From Mytilus trossulus (Eukaryota), in contig NC_086377.1 of NCBI RefSeq assembly GCF_036588685.1, positions 79,422,001 through 79,486,000 on the forward strand: a DNA stretch of 64,000 nucleotides, written 5' to 3'. The translations under genes were made by a program, and so were the position numbers. How positions within the stretch are numbered: the first letter of the stretch is position 1; the number at the start of each line of letters is the position of its first letter. The notes beneath the pieces are model-generated. The model did no database searches, was not told the origin of the DNA, and saw only the letters and a list, made by a program, of their open reading frames with translations. Positions 14,728 to 25,575 of this stretch are shown piece by piece.

Positions 14728-15468
14728 CTATCTCAATTAAGTATTATATACACTGTTAGTATCTCAATGCTAACAATGAGGAACTTTTATGCAAATTTAC
14801 AGCCTTTCTCCGTGTATTCTTATATTTGATATTCCTGCACTTAACAGATAGAGGATTGCTACAAAAGTGTAAGCAATGATTTCCCTTAAACAACTTTTCA
14901 AATTAAGATATTAGTTAAAACAAGTACAAATATGGACCAATTCAAGTACACCTTTTAGGGTGCGCTTGATTTTAGTGAATCAGTACGAGGGTTTCTCTTT
15001 TGTAAAGGTTGTTTGGGATTGTTTGCTAACAATAAACGCTAGCACGACATGGACAAACAAGCGAGGAATCTATTTTTCAGATGTTAACACGGAAATCTCT
15101 GTAATAAAGTCTATAGATTTTCTGTGAAAAAATTGGTTTGAGCTGCCACAAAATCCACATTTTCTATCTATATATTGCATTATTTAAAAATACATATAAT
15201 TGCTGTGAACGACGTTTCCCTGTGGTATATGTACAAAATGACAATCTCTTTTCTTCAGTATTTTTTGCTGTTATGATATTATTGCACGTTGAAAATTTCT
15301 TCATTCACAGGCCTAAAGAAGGAATCAGAAATGTTCATGAACATGATACACGACGCCATCCGCCGTACACTGCAATGTAGATTTCAGATTCATAAACATG
15401 GAGTAACTTAATTTGTTATGGGTATGTTTATTTCGAATTTTATTTTCAAGTTAGGCATCCCTTGTTTT

Positions 15469-15670
15469 TGTAACAATGTAAAACTTCGGAAATGTTTTAA
15501 TAGGATAACTTCCTACAATTACAACATAAAGTTATTTATCTACAAGGTTCACAATTGTTAATATCCGTAATCACAATATCCAACTGTACGACTCACACTA
15601 CCGGAAACACCTTCTCTCCTTTTCAACACCTAAAACTCGACCTAGTCCCGACCAATTTCAAGGTGTCACA
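15469..15670 (-). repeat. 3' LTR (202 bp)
   Basis: Begins TGTGACACC and ends TGTTACA (minus strand); its first ~60 bp match 21116-21176. Confidence 0.9.
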
Positions 15671-15674
15671 TAAT

Positions 15675-15684
15675 CCCCCCTTCT
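15675..15684 (-). promoter_or_regulatory. Polypurine tract
   Basis: AGAAGGGGGG on the minus strand, 4 nt upstream of the 3' LTR. Confidence 0.85.
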
Positions 15685-15770
15685 AAAAAAGACACGCCCT
15701 CGTGTCTTTATTATAATGTTTACATATCAGTTTCAAAATCCTGCAAATAAGCAGGCGGCCGACGCTCTCT

Positions 15771-17462
15771 CTATGGACGGACATGAACTTCACCATCATC
15801 ATCTTCTTCTACTTCTGAATTAATGTTTTCACTATCACCATCGACACTTTGATCAACACCATTATCATCATCTGCAATGCTAAGCTCATGAACTGAATTT
15901 AGCTCCTCGTCTTCGCTTCCAATATCATCAGTGCCAGTGTTTTCCCTCCTTGATTTATCAGGAGCTGCAAAACGCTGCTCCCGATCAGGATTGTGTCCCT
16001 TTCCTAAAACTGGCTGTTTGTTTTTAGGTTTAAATCTAGTATTTCTTCTAACTTTATTTGCCTCAATTCGAACTTCATTTTCCGGTTCAGACGCCACAAA
16101 TTTCTTCAATCGATTAAAGTGGACGATCTTTGATTTTGCATTTTGTTTCTTTATTTTGTAATCCACATCAGAAACTTTCTCTAAAACTACATATGGTTCC
16201 TTCTCCCTCTGACAATGAGGTTTGTGTGTTCTTCCTGGTTTTACCGCGGGATTGTATAACATAACTAAATCTCCTACACTTATTTGCTTTCCCGATATTT
16301 TCTTATCATTATAGTCCTTTTGCCTCTTTTGGGAGTAATTTATGTTCGTTCTAACCTTTTCAAATGCTATATTTAAATTCTGACGTAGAGATGTAACATA
16401 TTGGGTCTTATTACTTTCCTCTTGTGGACATTCCCCAAATACAACATCAATGGGTAATCGAAGTTCTTGTCCTAGCATTAACATTGATGGCGAGAATCCA
16501 GTAGTTTCGTTAACACTACATCTGTATGCCATCATAAGGAATGGTATCTGCTCGTCCCAATTCTTTTGATCTTCTTTCACATGCTTACTTAACATGTTAA
16601 GGAGCGTTTTATTAAACCTTTCGACTTGTCCGTCGCACTGAGGGTGATATGCAGTCGTTCTCTGCTTCTTTGATTCAAATACTATGCTGATTTCTTTGAT
16701 CAAGTTCGATTCAAAGTCTCTTCCTTGATCACTGTGTACGGCATATGGTGCTCCAAAGCGACAAATAAATTCCTCTACTAACTTTTTCGCTATGGTTTTT
16801 GCCTTGTGGTTACGAAGGGTAAATGCTTCTGTCCATTTAGAGAAATAATCTGATATCACTTATATATATTTATTACCCCTTGACGACGTGGGTAATGGGC
16901 CTAAAATGTCCATAGCTATTTTTTCTAGTGGGGCACCAGTTTTAACAGAAACCAAAGGTGCTCTTAAGTGTTTAGAAGGATTTCTCCGAGTAGCACAAGT
17001 TAGACATTCTTCACAGAATATTTCAACGTCTTGAGAACATCCAGGCCAATAAAAACGATCTTTCAGCTTCCTCAACATTTTCTTTGTCCCGAGATGTCCA
17101 CCGTCTATACCAGAATGCAATGTTTCCAAAATGTTCCGTCTTAATTCGGTAGGTACCAAGAACTGGTAGGCAGTCCCATTTGTGTCTTCGAATTTCCTGT
17201 ACAGAATATCATCTCTAGGAACTATATTTTCCCATTGACCAATCAGCCTCTTTACCGCACTTGAGTACCCTTTCTCCACAATTGGTTTATCACTACTAGC
17301 CGTTTTCAAGTCTTGAATCAGCTTTAAATCAACATCTTTCAACTGCGCCTTTTCCCAATCAATTTGATCACCGGCACAAACAGCTTGACAAAACTCACTA
17401 TCGCTTGTTATTCCGTCATCCTTTTCTTCTCTTTCTAATTGTGCAGTTGGTCGTCTAGACAT
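15771..17462 (-). pseudogene. Gypsy integrase region (frameshift at ~16860)
   Basis: HHCC finger (LHSGIDGGHLG...CEECLTC); DDE core (AMDILGP / HSDQG / QVERFN); GPY/F-like EPYVV; long acidic tail. Frameshift lies in a TA run. Confidence 0.93.
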
Positions 17463-17486
17463 GCCATCTGCATTATTATAGTTTGA

Positions 17487-18748
17487 TCACTTTCGATGAA
17501 CAATTTCCATGTCAAATTCAGATAGATATGCTTGCCACCTTGCTATTTGATCTTCCGGTTCCTTGAAGTTCCAGAGCCACGACAATGCCTTATGGTCTGT
17601 TCTGACTTCGAATTTATTTCCGAGAAGGTAATATCTAAATTTCTTTACAAAATACACTAATGCCAACATTTCCTTTTTTATTATTAACGATGACTTTAAA
17701 ATTTCGAATCCCTCACTGCAATCTTTAGACCAAACGGAGGTTTCCTCTTTTAATAGTAATTTATGGAGAGGCGAACAGATGAGGGAAAATCCTTTAATAA
17801 ACCGTCTGTAATAACTGGCTAGACCAATAAAGGATTCCAGTTCCCGAACATTAGTGGGTTGAGGCCATGATTTGATCGCTTCATTTTTTTCGGGGTCTGT
17901 TTGAATACCTTGATCAGAAATTATGTGACCAAGACACTTGACACTTCTGCCTGCAAAGTGACACTTACTAGGCTTCAATTTGAGGCCATTTTCTCTGAAC
18001 CGCTGAAACACTATTCCTTATCTTTCAACATGATCGTCAAATGTTGAGCTAAAAATTACCACATCATCCAGATAAATTAAGCATATTTCAAACTGAAGAC
18101 CTTTAAGAACATTTTCCATTAACCGCTGAAACAGACCTGGTGCACTTGTCAGTCCAAACGGCATAACATTGAATTCGTACAGCCCATACGGTGTTGAGAA
18201 TGCCGTTTTTTCCTTGTCGTCCTCTTCTACTTCAACTTACCAATAGCCATTGGCCATAACAACACATTAAAAGAATCTTGCACCAGAAAGCGTATCAAAT
18301 GTGTCGTCGATGCGTGGTATCGGGTATGCATCTTTTTTTGTAATTTCATTTACCTTGCGAAAATCCACACAAAAACGAGTGCTATTGTCCTTCTTCTTCA
18401 CTAACACATGTCAATGGGCGAAGACCATGGACTACTCGATGGTCTTATCACCTCATGTTCCAACATATCATGAATTAGTTATTTAACTTTATCTTTCTTG
18501 TGGAGTGGTATTCTCCTTGGGTTTTGTTTTATTGCAGCTTCATTAACAGTGTTAATACCATGTCTTACTAAGTCTGTTCGTCCAATATATGACGGGTCTT
18601 TCGAGAAGATGTCATTATACTCGAGCAATAATGTTTTTAATACCTCCCTTTCTCCACTTTGTAGGTTGGAATCTATGTTGAATGATGTACCAGGAGCTGC
18701 AATCTGCTGCTCCAGGGAGGGCTTACACTTGTGTTCCTTCACAGGCAA
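17487..18748 (-). pseudogene. Gypsy reverse transcriptase and internally deleted RNase H
   Basis: VMPFGL (~18160), IYLDD (~18063-18077), LKPSKC, FIGLASYYRRFI, VRTDHKAL. The TDAS-GAVLSQ block of RNase H is missing; multiple stops and frameshifts. Confidence 0.92.
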
Positions 18749-18808
18749 AAGGATTCCAACTGTCGTGTTTTATACATCGTTACATCCTCAGCCGAAACAT
18801 TCATAACT

Positions 18809-20301
18809 CTAATGATGCATAAATCCTTCCCTTCTGTTAACACATTTATAAGCTGCACAAACTTTGTCGTTATTTTCGAATCTCTGTTTTGGTTCAAATA
18901 AGAACGTTCCTGTCTTTTGAAACCCCCTTTCTTTCTTCTTCACCTTACCCGAAGGAATACACACGGTTTGTTTTAGATTTACTCTACAAACAGCAGCACT
19001 TCCGGTAGAGTAATTTACATCACACTCATTGTTATCAACTGAAATAGTCATTTTATTAAAATCTATTTTTGCATTATGCTTTTTCATAAAGTCTGTTCCC
19101 AGTAAACACTGGTGAGCTAAGTCTTTTGCGATTAATACTGTTTGCTTACACTGTACACCTTTAATCGAAATATTTACATCAATAACTCAATGTATATCAA
19201 TAATTTCGCTTTTGGCCGAAACCACTGTTGATTTACAAGGTGCTACTAAAATTTTACTCTGACTTTTAGTTTCAATTTCCTTGAACACATTTTAATGTAT
19301 AATAGTAAAAACTGAACCTGTATCTATCAACATTTCCGCAGGCGTGTTATTAACCAATCCTTTACATATCATTGATAACCCTGCACTGAAACAAGTATAA
19401 ATGTCCCTTGGGTCTTTAAAATCAGCCGATGTCTGACCCTCGACTTCGGCTAGTGGCCGTTTCCCGGACTGTTTAAATGTGGGACAGTCATTTCTCATGT
19501 GTCCCGGAAGTCCACAATTCCAACATTCTCTATTTTTGGGACAATTTCGTTTGAAGTGTTGGTCACTGCCACAAATAAAGCATTTATAGTCATTTTCATA
19601 GCGACCTCGACCTCTTCCTATTCCTGCAATATTTTGACCTCGTGACCTTCTTGCTTCTACTCTATCTTCCTTCATCATTGTCAATGCTTCATTCATCATT
19701 GTCATTAAAGCTGTTTCTTGTGTAGTAGTACTACATGCTCCTGCTGGCGGCTGAATAGAAGTGGTTGATTTATCTTTTCGAACTTCGAATTCCACTGTTT
19801 GCCAGTCGATTGCCATTCTGATTGCATCATCCAATGTCGCTGGCATACCATGTCTGAGTTTTAGAGTCATGTCGACATTTATTAAAGCACGGACATATTG
19901 ATCACGTGCTAATTCATCTCGTAATCCCGCCTCGATGGTGGGGTAGGCTTTCCTGGCCAATGTCCTTATTCTGTTACCGAGATTCAGAAGTGTGTCGCCT
20001 TGCAGTTGTTTTGTAGCATTAAATTTTGTTTTATAGAACTGAGGTTCTTTAACCGTTCTAAACCTCTTTTCTAAGGTGGCGCACAAGTTGGTCCAGTCTG
20101 TTTTTACTGCTGCTTCAGTGTCTTGATATACTTTTTATGCAGTGTCCCTAAGTCTCACTCCCATAAATTTACATTTTAAAATATTTCTGCGCACGCTTTA
20201 AAATTATCCTGCCAGTCCTTCCAATCCTCCTCTATTTCACCTCTAAATGGATCTGGCATAATGACTGGCTTCTTAATCCCAGCATGTTCTGTGTCAGCCA
20301 T
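18809..20301 (-). pseudogene. Gypsy gag-protease
   Basis: ATG at 20301 reads MADTEHAGIKKPVIMPDPFRGEIEEDWKDWQDNF (gag N-terminal motif); two CCHC knuckles (CFICGSDQHFKRNC, CWNCGLPGHMRNDC); protease LIDTGS in the same frame as the knuckles. Confidence 0.92.
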
Positions 20302-20434
20302 AGCTAACTGTTCCAAATATTGCATAAAAGTTACCAAAAAAAAAGCAAACTACTGTGTTACCGTAATTTTAGTCGTTTTTAAATTATATTGTCGAATTAA
20401 ATTTAATTCGGAGGTAGCACACTTTATTAGTTGT

Positions 20435-21030
20435 TTATGCCAACGTCTCTTCAAACTTATGCCACGATATTGTAAAACACCCCTTTAACAGTCCAGATTG
20501 TTTTCTTGAATTTTCAAGCTTTATGTCCGCATTTAGCAATGTTAGTTCTTTACCTAGTTTGGCCTGATCTGCCTGTAATTCCTTATCTGACGCACTACAC
20601 GTTTCACGTCCACTACTTTTATAACTCCTTGGTTTAAGTCTTAGGAAATCTCTTTTACAAAAGACAGTGTAGGAACTGTAATAAATCCAACCGATGCAGT
20701 TGGCAGTTCAGTTTTCATCTTCTCTTTAAAACTTTTTAGTCTATTGAAAACTGTTCTGCTTAAAACATCTGACTTTAATCTTAGATCTGTACCTTCCTTG
20801 TGGTGCTCAAACTTAGTAAATTCATTGATACCACATGCTATTTTAACTATAATACTTCGGTCTGTCCCTTTATACTCCCGCAAAATTGACAATGTTTCAT
20901 TCACAAGATCTTCAATGACAGCTCCTCTTTTAATTACATAACGGAATCGAAAATGTTCGTATTTAAATGAATCGAATCCACAGAGTCTTTTATCACCTGC
21001 TAAAAGTAATACTGGCTTGTTCCCGGACAT
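20435..21030 (-). pseudogene. SGNH/GDSL-hydrolase-like accessory ORF within the Gypsy element
   Basis: Block I-like VLLLAGDKR, block II-like RGAVIEDL, block III-like IVKIACGINEF. After a frameshift at ~20650 it continues RDFLRLKP...ELQADQAKLGKELTLLNADIKLENSR...TISWHKFEETLA* (stop at 20435-20437). Confidence 0.65.
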
Positions 21031-21115
21031 AAAATTGTTCACTTTTGAAAATTATTTAAAATCGATATATATATGGTACTTTCTGGTATATGATTTTTAA
21101 ACTAAATCAATGGTA

Positions 21116-21176
21116 TTCTCTCCTTTTCAACACCTAAAACCTTCGACCTAGTCCCGACCAATTTCAAGGTGTCACA
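21116..21176 (-). repeat. Truncated 5' LTR (61 bp)
   Basis: Matches 15612-15670 apart from a 2-bp indel; the rest of the LTR and the PBS are absent. Confidence 0.9.
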
Positions 21177-21509
21177 TTTTAAACAAAGACGGATTCTTAG
21201 GGTTGCATACACACGAAGTATCATGTTACTTATTGGGATCTATGTAGCAAATTAACACAACTTTCCGTTGTTCGTTATTGACAAATAAGAACGTGCACTT
21301 GCTCATAAAAAAACATATAATCCTGTAGCAAATAGTCTAGAATCAAATTCATTGAAAAGATACCGGTAGTTCATGTTCATTAAATATCAAGACTTTAGCA
21401 GAAACAACTGTATTTGTAATATAATTACAGCACAAATGATCAAGCGTCTACGTGAACGGCGAAAAAGGCATATACGTCTTGACAAATACAACGACAGAGA
21501 GAGAAAACG

Positions 21510-21762
21510 GGCATGGTTGTCGTTTGTTGCTGTGTTACATATTTGGTTTTCGTTCATTTTTTGTATATACATTAGTCCGTTAGTTTTCTCGTTTGAATTG
21601 TTTTACATTTGTCACTTCGGGGCCTTTTATAGCTGACTATGCGGTATGGTCTTTGCTCAATGTTGAAAGACGTACGGTGACCTATAGTTGTTTATTTCTG
21701 TGTCATTTGGTCTCTTGTGAAGAGTTGTCTCATTGGCAATCAAACCACATCTTCTTTTTTAT
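21510..21762 (-). mobile_element. Abundant short interspersed repeat (probably PLE-mobilised non-autonomous retroelement)
   Basis: Family defined by 'aagaagatgtggtatgattgccaatgagacaact...ggctcctgacttgggacaggc'. Other copies near 13700-14040, 25105-25430, 27710-28030, 29515, 34140-34420, 44805-45170, 54360-54620 and 62380-62600. Confidence 0.65.
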
Positions 21763-22221
21763 ATAACATTGTGTAAATATCCTTGCGGCGGGAAAAACTT
21801 AACGATCAACCATACATTAGATCAAGGATGTGTATATTAGATAAATAGAAAATACATGAAAAACACACTATTCAAAATCTAGCATATATTTGTATGATAA
21901 ATAGAAAAGATATCATATGGAATATTCTCGCAAATAATTTTGTTTTGTTGGCAGACCAAGAACAGTGATGCCACATAGAAATCTTGCATATCTCAGTTTT
22001 TATACCTTATATTTTATGATGATGAAAAGCAGGATACCTATTTAAGCAGAAAATGTCTTCTATACCACTTTTAAAATATTTAGAAATTGACTCCTCTCAG
22101 TGGTAAATTACACATTTTTCTGGAAAACAAAAGTTATAGGAATATAACAGTCACTCGCCAGTCGTTCTGTTCGTCTCTGTATGAGCTGGTTAATCTTTTC
22201 AGATAATATGTCATATATATA

Positions 22222-23240
22222 TATATATAGCACGGCTTAACGAATTAACGTATTTAATTCACGAAAAGCGTAGCTTTGAGTGGATTAAATATGTTAATGA
22301 GTAAGGCGTGGGTATATATGATTTGTAACATTAATGGGCGATGACACATGTCAGGCGTTAAACTTAACTGTACTTTTCATGAATTAAATGTGTCAATCAA
22401 ATAGTTGGACTTCTTTCTATGACAAAATGTTTCTACTTTTCAGAAAATGGTTTCATGGATTGGACATTTTAGTTGGATGTAATTTAATGATAGATCTGTA
22501 CATGTAAATGATAGATCTGTACATGTAAATGATAGATCCGTAAATGTAAATGATAGATCTGTACATGTAAATGAATTGTTGCCGTGATACTTTCATCATG
22601 GTTTAAAGAACAGAGAGCGATTTATGCGTTATTGAAGTGCCCCCCCCTCCCTGGGCGAAAATTCGTAAGGGAATAGATGCAAAATATTGTTAGATGAAAA
22701 ACATGCTGCCTGCTTTCAAAACAAAACGGAACATGCAGTTTCAGAAGAGGTAAACGAATTGTGAAGGTAGTCTGCCTTTCCCAACACCATGAAACTGATC
22801 GATTGATAGCTGGGAAACAAGTATCCACCAATTTATCAATATCGCCTTTTTTTTATATAGACCACGTTATTCCTTTTTGTAGCTTTCCTCGGGCATTCAT
22901 TTGTTTCAAGTACAGGAAACCATTTTTAATTCAGGGTTAGGTTTGCAAGTTTGGCTAGTTTTAGGGTAAGCCCCTTCACCCTATTTCACGATTTTTTTTA
23001 TTTACTTTACGTGGCCAAAGAGGCGGAGCTAGACAGTGAAATAACAAACTTGAGATGGAAGTTAGAGCACTCGTCTAAGCTCCTCCCATTCTTTGCTTTT
23101 CCTATGACAAGCGACACACGGCGGGACTGGAGATTTCAATGACTAAAAAATAATTCAGTTAACTCACTCCTCTAAAAATAACCGAAGTTAACTCACTCAA
23201 AGATTAAAAGGAAAATTACCATTCATGTTACAAAAGACTA
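22222..23240. mobile_element. Hairpin-terminated non-autonomous element (Crypton-like)
   Basis: ~95-bp palindrome (22222-22319) centred on AAAGC-GTA-GCTTT, followed by IR 'tttgtaacattaatgg' (22322) / 'ccattcatgttacaaa' (23219). Confidence 0.45.
22486..22573. repeat. 21-bp minisatellite x4
   Basis: aatgatagatctgtacatgta repeated. Confidence 0.9.
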
Positions 23241-24841
23241 TGGTGTATGATATTTTATTTTTTGAAAGAGTGTGTAATTAGAAGTTACCGTAGATACATG
23301 TAAAATAAAGAATATTTTTAATATCTCGTAGGACTTCACTAAATCCTAAATCCTAAAGGATAAAGCTATAATTCTATAGGATATTAAAAATATCACCAAT
23401 GCTACATTATTCAGATAAGATAATTTCTTCTCCGATAGGACACGTTTAGTTCCATTGGACAAGTTAGTCTAAATTCGTTTTTGACATGCAATGTCGTTTA
23501 AAAGTTAAAGTGGTAAATCGGTACAATGGGATATCTAGTGAACGAAAACAAAAGAAAATTCACTCTTATGATAGAGTCGTGAAAGTCAATAATAAAACAA
23601 TACCGGTGACGATACTGATCAAAAGTTATTTCTAAATAATAATCGTACATTTTATAGAAATTATTTGTTAAATTGTGTTATCAGAAATATATGTATGCAA
23701 ATACACGATGTTTTATGTTCAGTATTTATCGAGATAATTGCTTGTGAAACTGAAATTTAAAAAAAATCTTTGCTCCATATTGATAAAAAAAAAAAGGGAA
23801 AAATCATGTGCATACAAAATCGAAAGATCTTTCGGATCACCAATTTTCGGAGTATTCCAAAGAGTCTTTAGCATGTTACAAATTCCCAAAGTATGCTTAT
23901 ATTTTCACCCCATAAGTTATCGTGCACACCGGTTTGCTCTTGTCACATGTACATTCAGTAGAGAAATATTGTCTTTTCGTGAACATAAACATCTAAAAGT
24001 CTCTCTATGCAGGTTAAAAAAAATAAAGATAACTATTTTTATAAATCAGGTATCTTTCTACTATTTTGGAAAATTTTAAGAAAAGGTCGCCTCGAGTTTT
24101 GTTCAAGTATTTGCGGTCTTCTCGATCTATTCACATTCAATGTTTACATCGAGCTAAGGTCTGTTTGAATTTCCTTGTAACTTAATTTCAAAAGTGCCAA
24201 TCTTTGCTGCATATCAATCGATTCCTTTGGAATTTTTTCCCTGACTTTCTCTGATCTAGCTGTATATAAATACGAGTAATTAGCTTGTTCCAGAGATATA
24301 CAGACAGTAAACAAATTAATTAATTTTACACTACACTTCTATAGCCTGTTGTACTCGCCGTTTGCTACTTAAGGAGGACAATGATAACATTGAGTGGAAG
24401 TTTTGTTTTTATTTCAACTAATTTCTATTTTTACTATTTACCAGAACGTTTTTCTGTGATACCATAATTGATAGCGTCCTTGCTAAAATGGGACAACATT
24501 GAGAATATCTAGTAGTTTTCAGTGTTTACAGGGGAGGTAATATTTCGTCATTAGATTTCCCACTGGGTACTTACGGGTCATATTCATATCACGTTAACAT
24601 GTTCTCTTCCTAAATATGCCTCTTATAGTTATCAATAGACGTTAAAAACCGACTTTGAATTCATCCATTGTTATAGTAGTAAGGAGGCTTAGATCAATGT
24701 ACACGTAAAACATTCAATTATATCCTTGCGCCACGATCACCTAGCTTATAAGATACAAAAACATTAATTTCATAAGAAAAGGGGTGAACTTAAAATCAAG
24801 AGTTTACTTTCTTGATAAAATGCAAACTTGCTTTTATAGTA

Positions 24842-24990
24842 AAAGTTCAACGGCAAGTCAATATTGACATTAAACGACTTCCGAACAAGAAGGGATTTTC
24901 AGATCCCCGAACCCGAAGGGCGGGGTAATTTCAATAGCCTATTTTGTGAGGAGGTCTTTTGTTGTCAATATTAACTGATCATTGAACTTT
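24842..24990. repeat. Degenerate ~150-bp palindrome
   Basis: aaagttcaa...aatattgaca / tgtcaatatt...ttgaacttt arms around a CCCCG-AA-CCC-GAA-GGG-CGGGG centre. Confidence 0.65.
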
Positions 24991-25575
24991 CACTGACTTG
25001 CAATCCTTCAAATATTCAAGAAAATTACAGAAACAACACTTGCATTATAAAGGACAAGTTTAATTAGGATTCGACTCATATGACAGATAAACAGTACTTA
25101 GTATAAAGATACGGGGAAGTGGGTTGATTTCCCGTGAGACAAATATCAGCCAGAGTTTAAAAGAAGTGAAGGTTAAAAATTATAGGCAACCGTGTGGCCT
25201 TCGTCAACGAGAAAAACCCATACCGTATATATAGTCGGCTGTAAAAGACCGATACATGACAAATGTGAAACAATTCAAGCATACTAATAACAAAGCCATT
25301 TATAAAAACAAATACGGAAGACATGAAATAACGACAACCACCGAACTACAGGCTCATGTTGGCTTAGGACAGGCACATACAGATTGTGACAGGGTTAAAC
25401 ATGTTTTTTAGCGCTCAACTTTTCCATTACCTATTATATACAAATGATAGATAACCAATTGCATAGAAAACGGAACGATTACATAATATGATTATTCAAT
25501 AGTTTAGCTCCAAATCAACACCGTGGGATGTTTCTTTTTAAAATATGAAGGGTAATTTTATATTTTTGAACATGT

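Larger units (their letters stand above)
15469..21176 (-). mobile_element. Ty3/Gypsy LTR retrotransposon, decayed, with an extra ORF upstream of gag
   Basis: Termini TGTGACA...TGTTACA on the minus strand; 4-bp TTTT TSD (15465-15468, 21177-21180); domain order gag-PR-RT-RH-IN; PPT adjacent to the 3' LTR. Confidence 0.95.

Noticed and set aside
15771-16060. env gene or chromodomain at the end of pol
   Set aside because: Only a basic then acidic low-complexity tail; no transmembrane, signal or chromodomain motif, and no room for an ORF3 before the PPT.
15931-16161. Plus-strand ORFs overlapping the Gypsy (also 18301-18486, 18498-18806, 20261-20488, 20744-20941)
   Set aside because: Antisense shadows of the minus-strand coding sequence with no recognisable motifs.
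14990-21500. Host exons interrupted by the Gypsy (e.g. LKKESEMFMNMIHDAIRRTLQCRF at ~15311; LGIPCF|KQRRILRV across the junction)
   Set aside because: Short, cannot be linked into a consistent gene model, and no recognisable domain.
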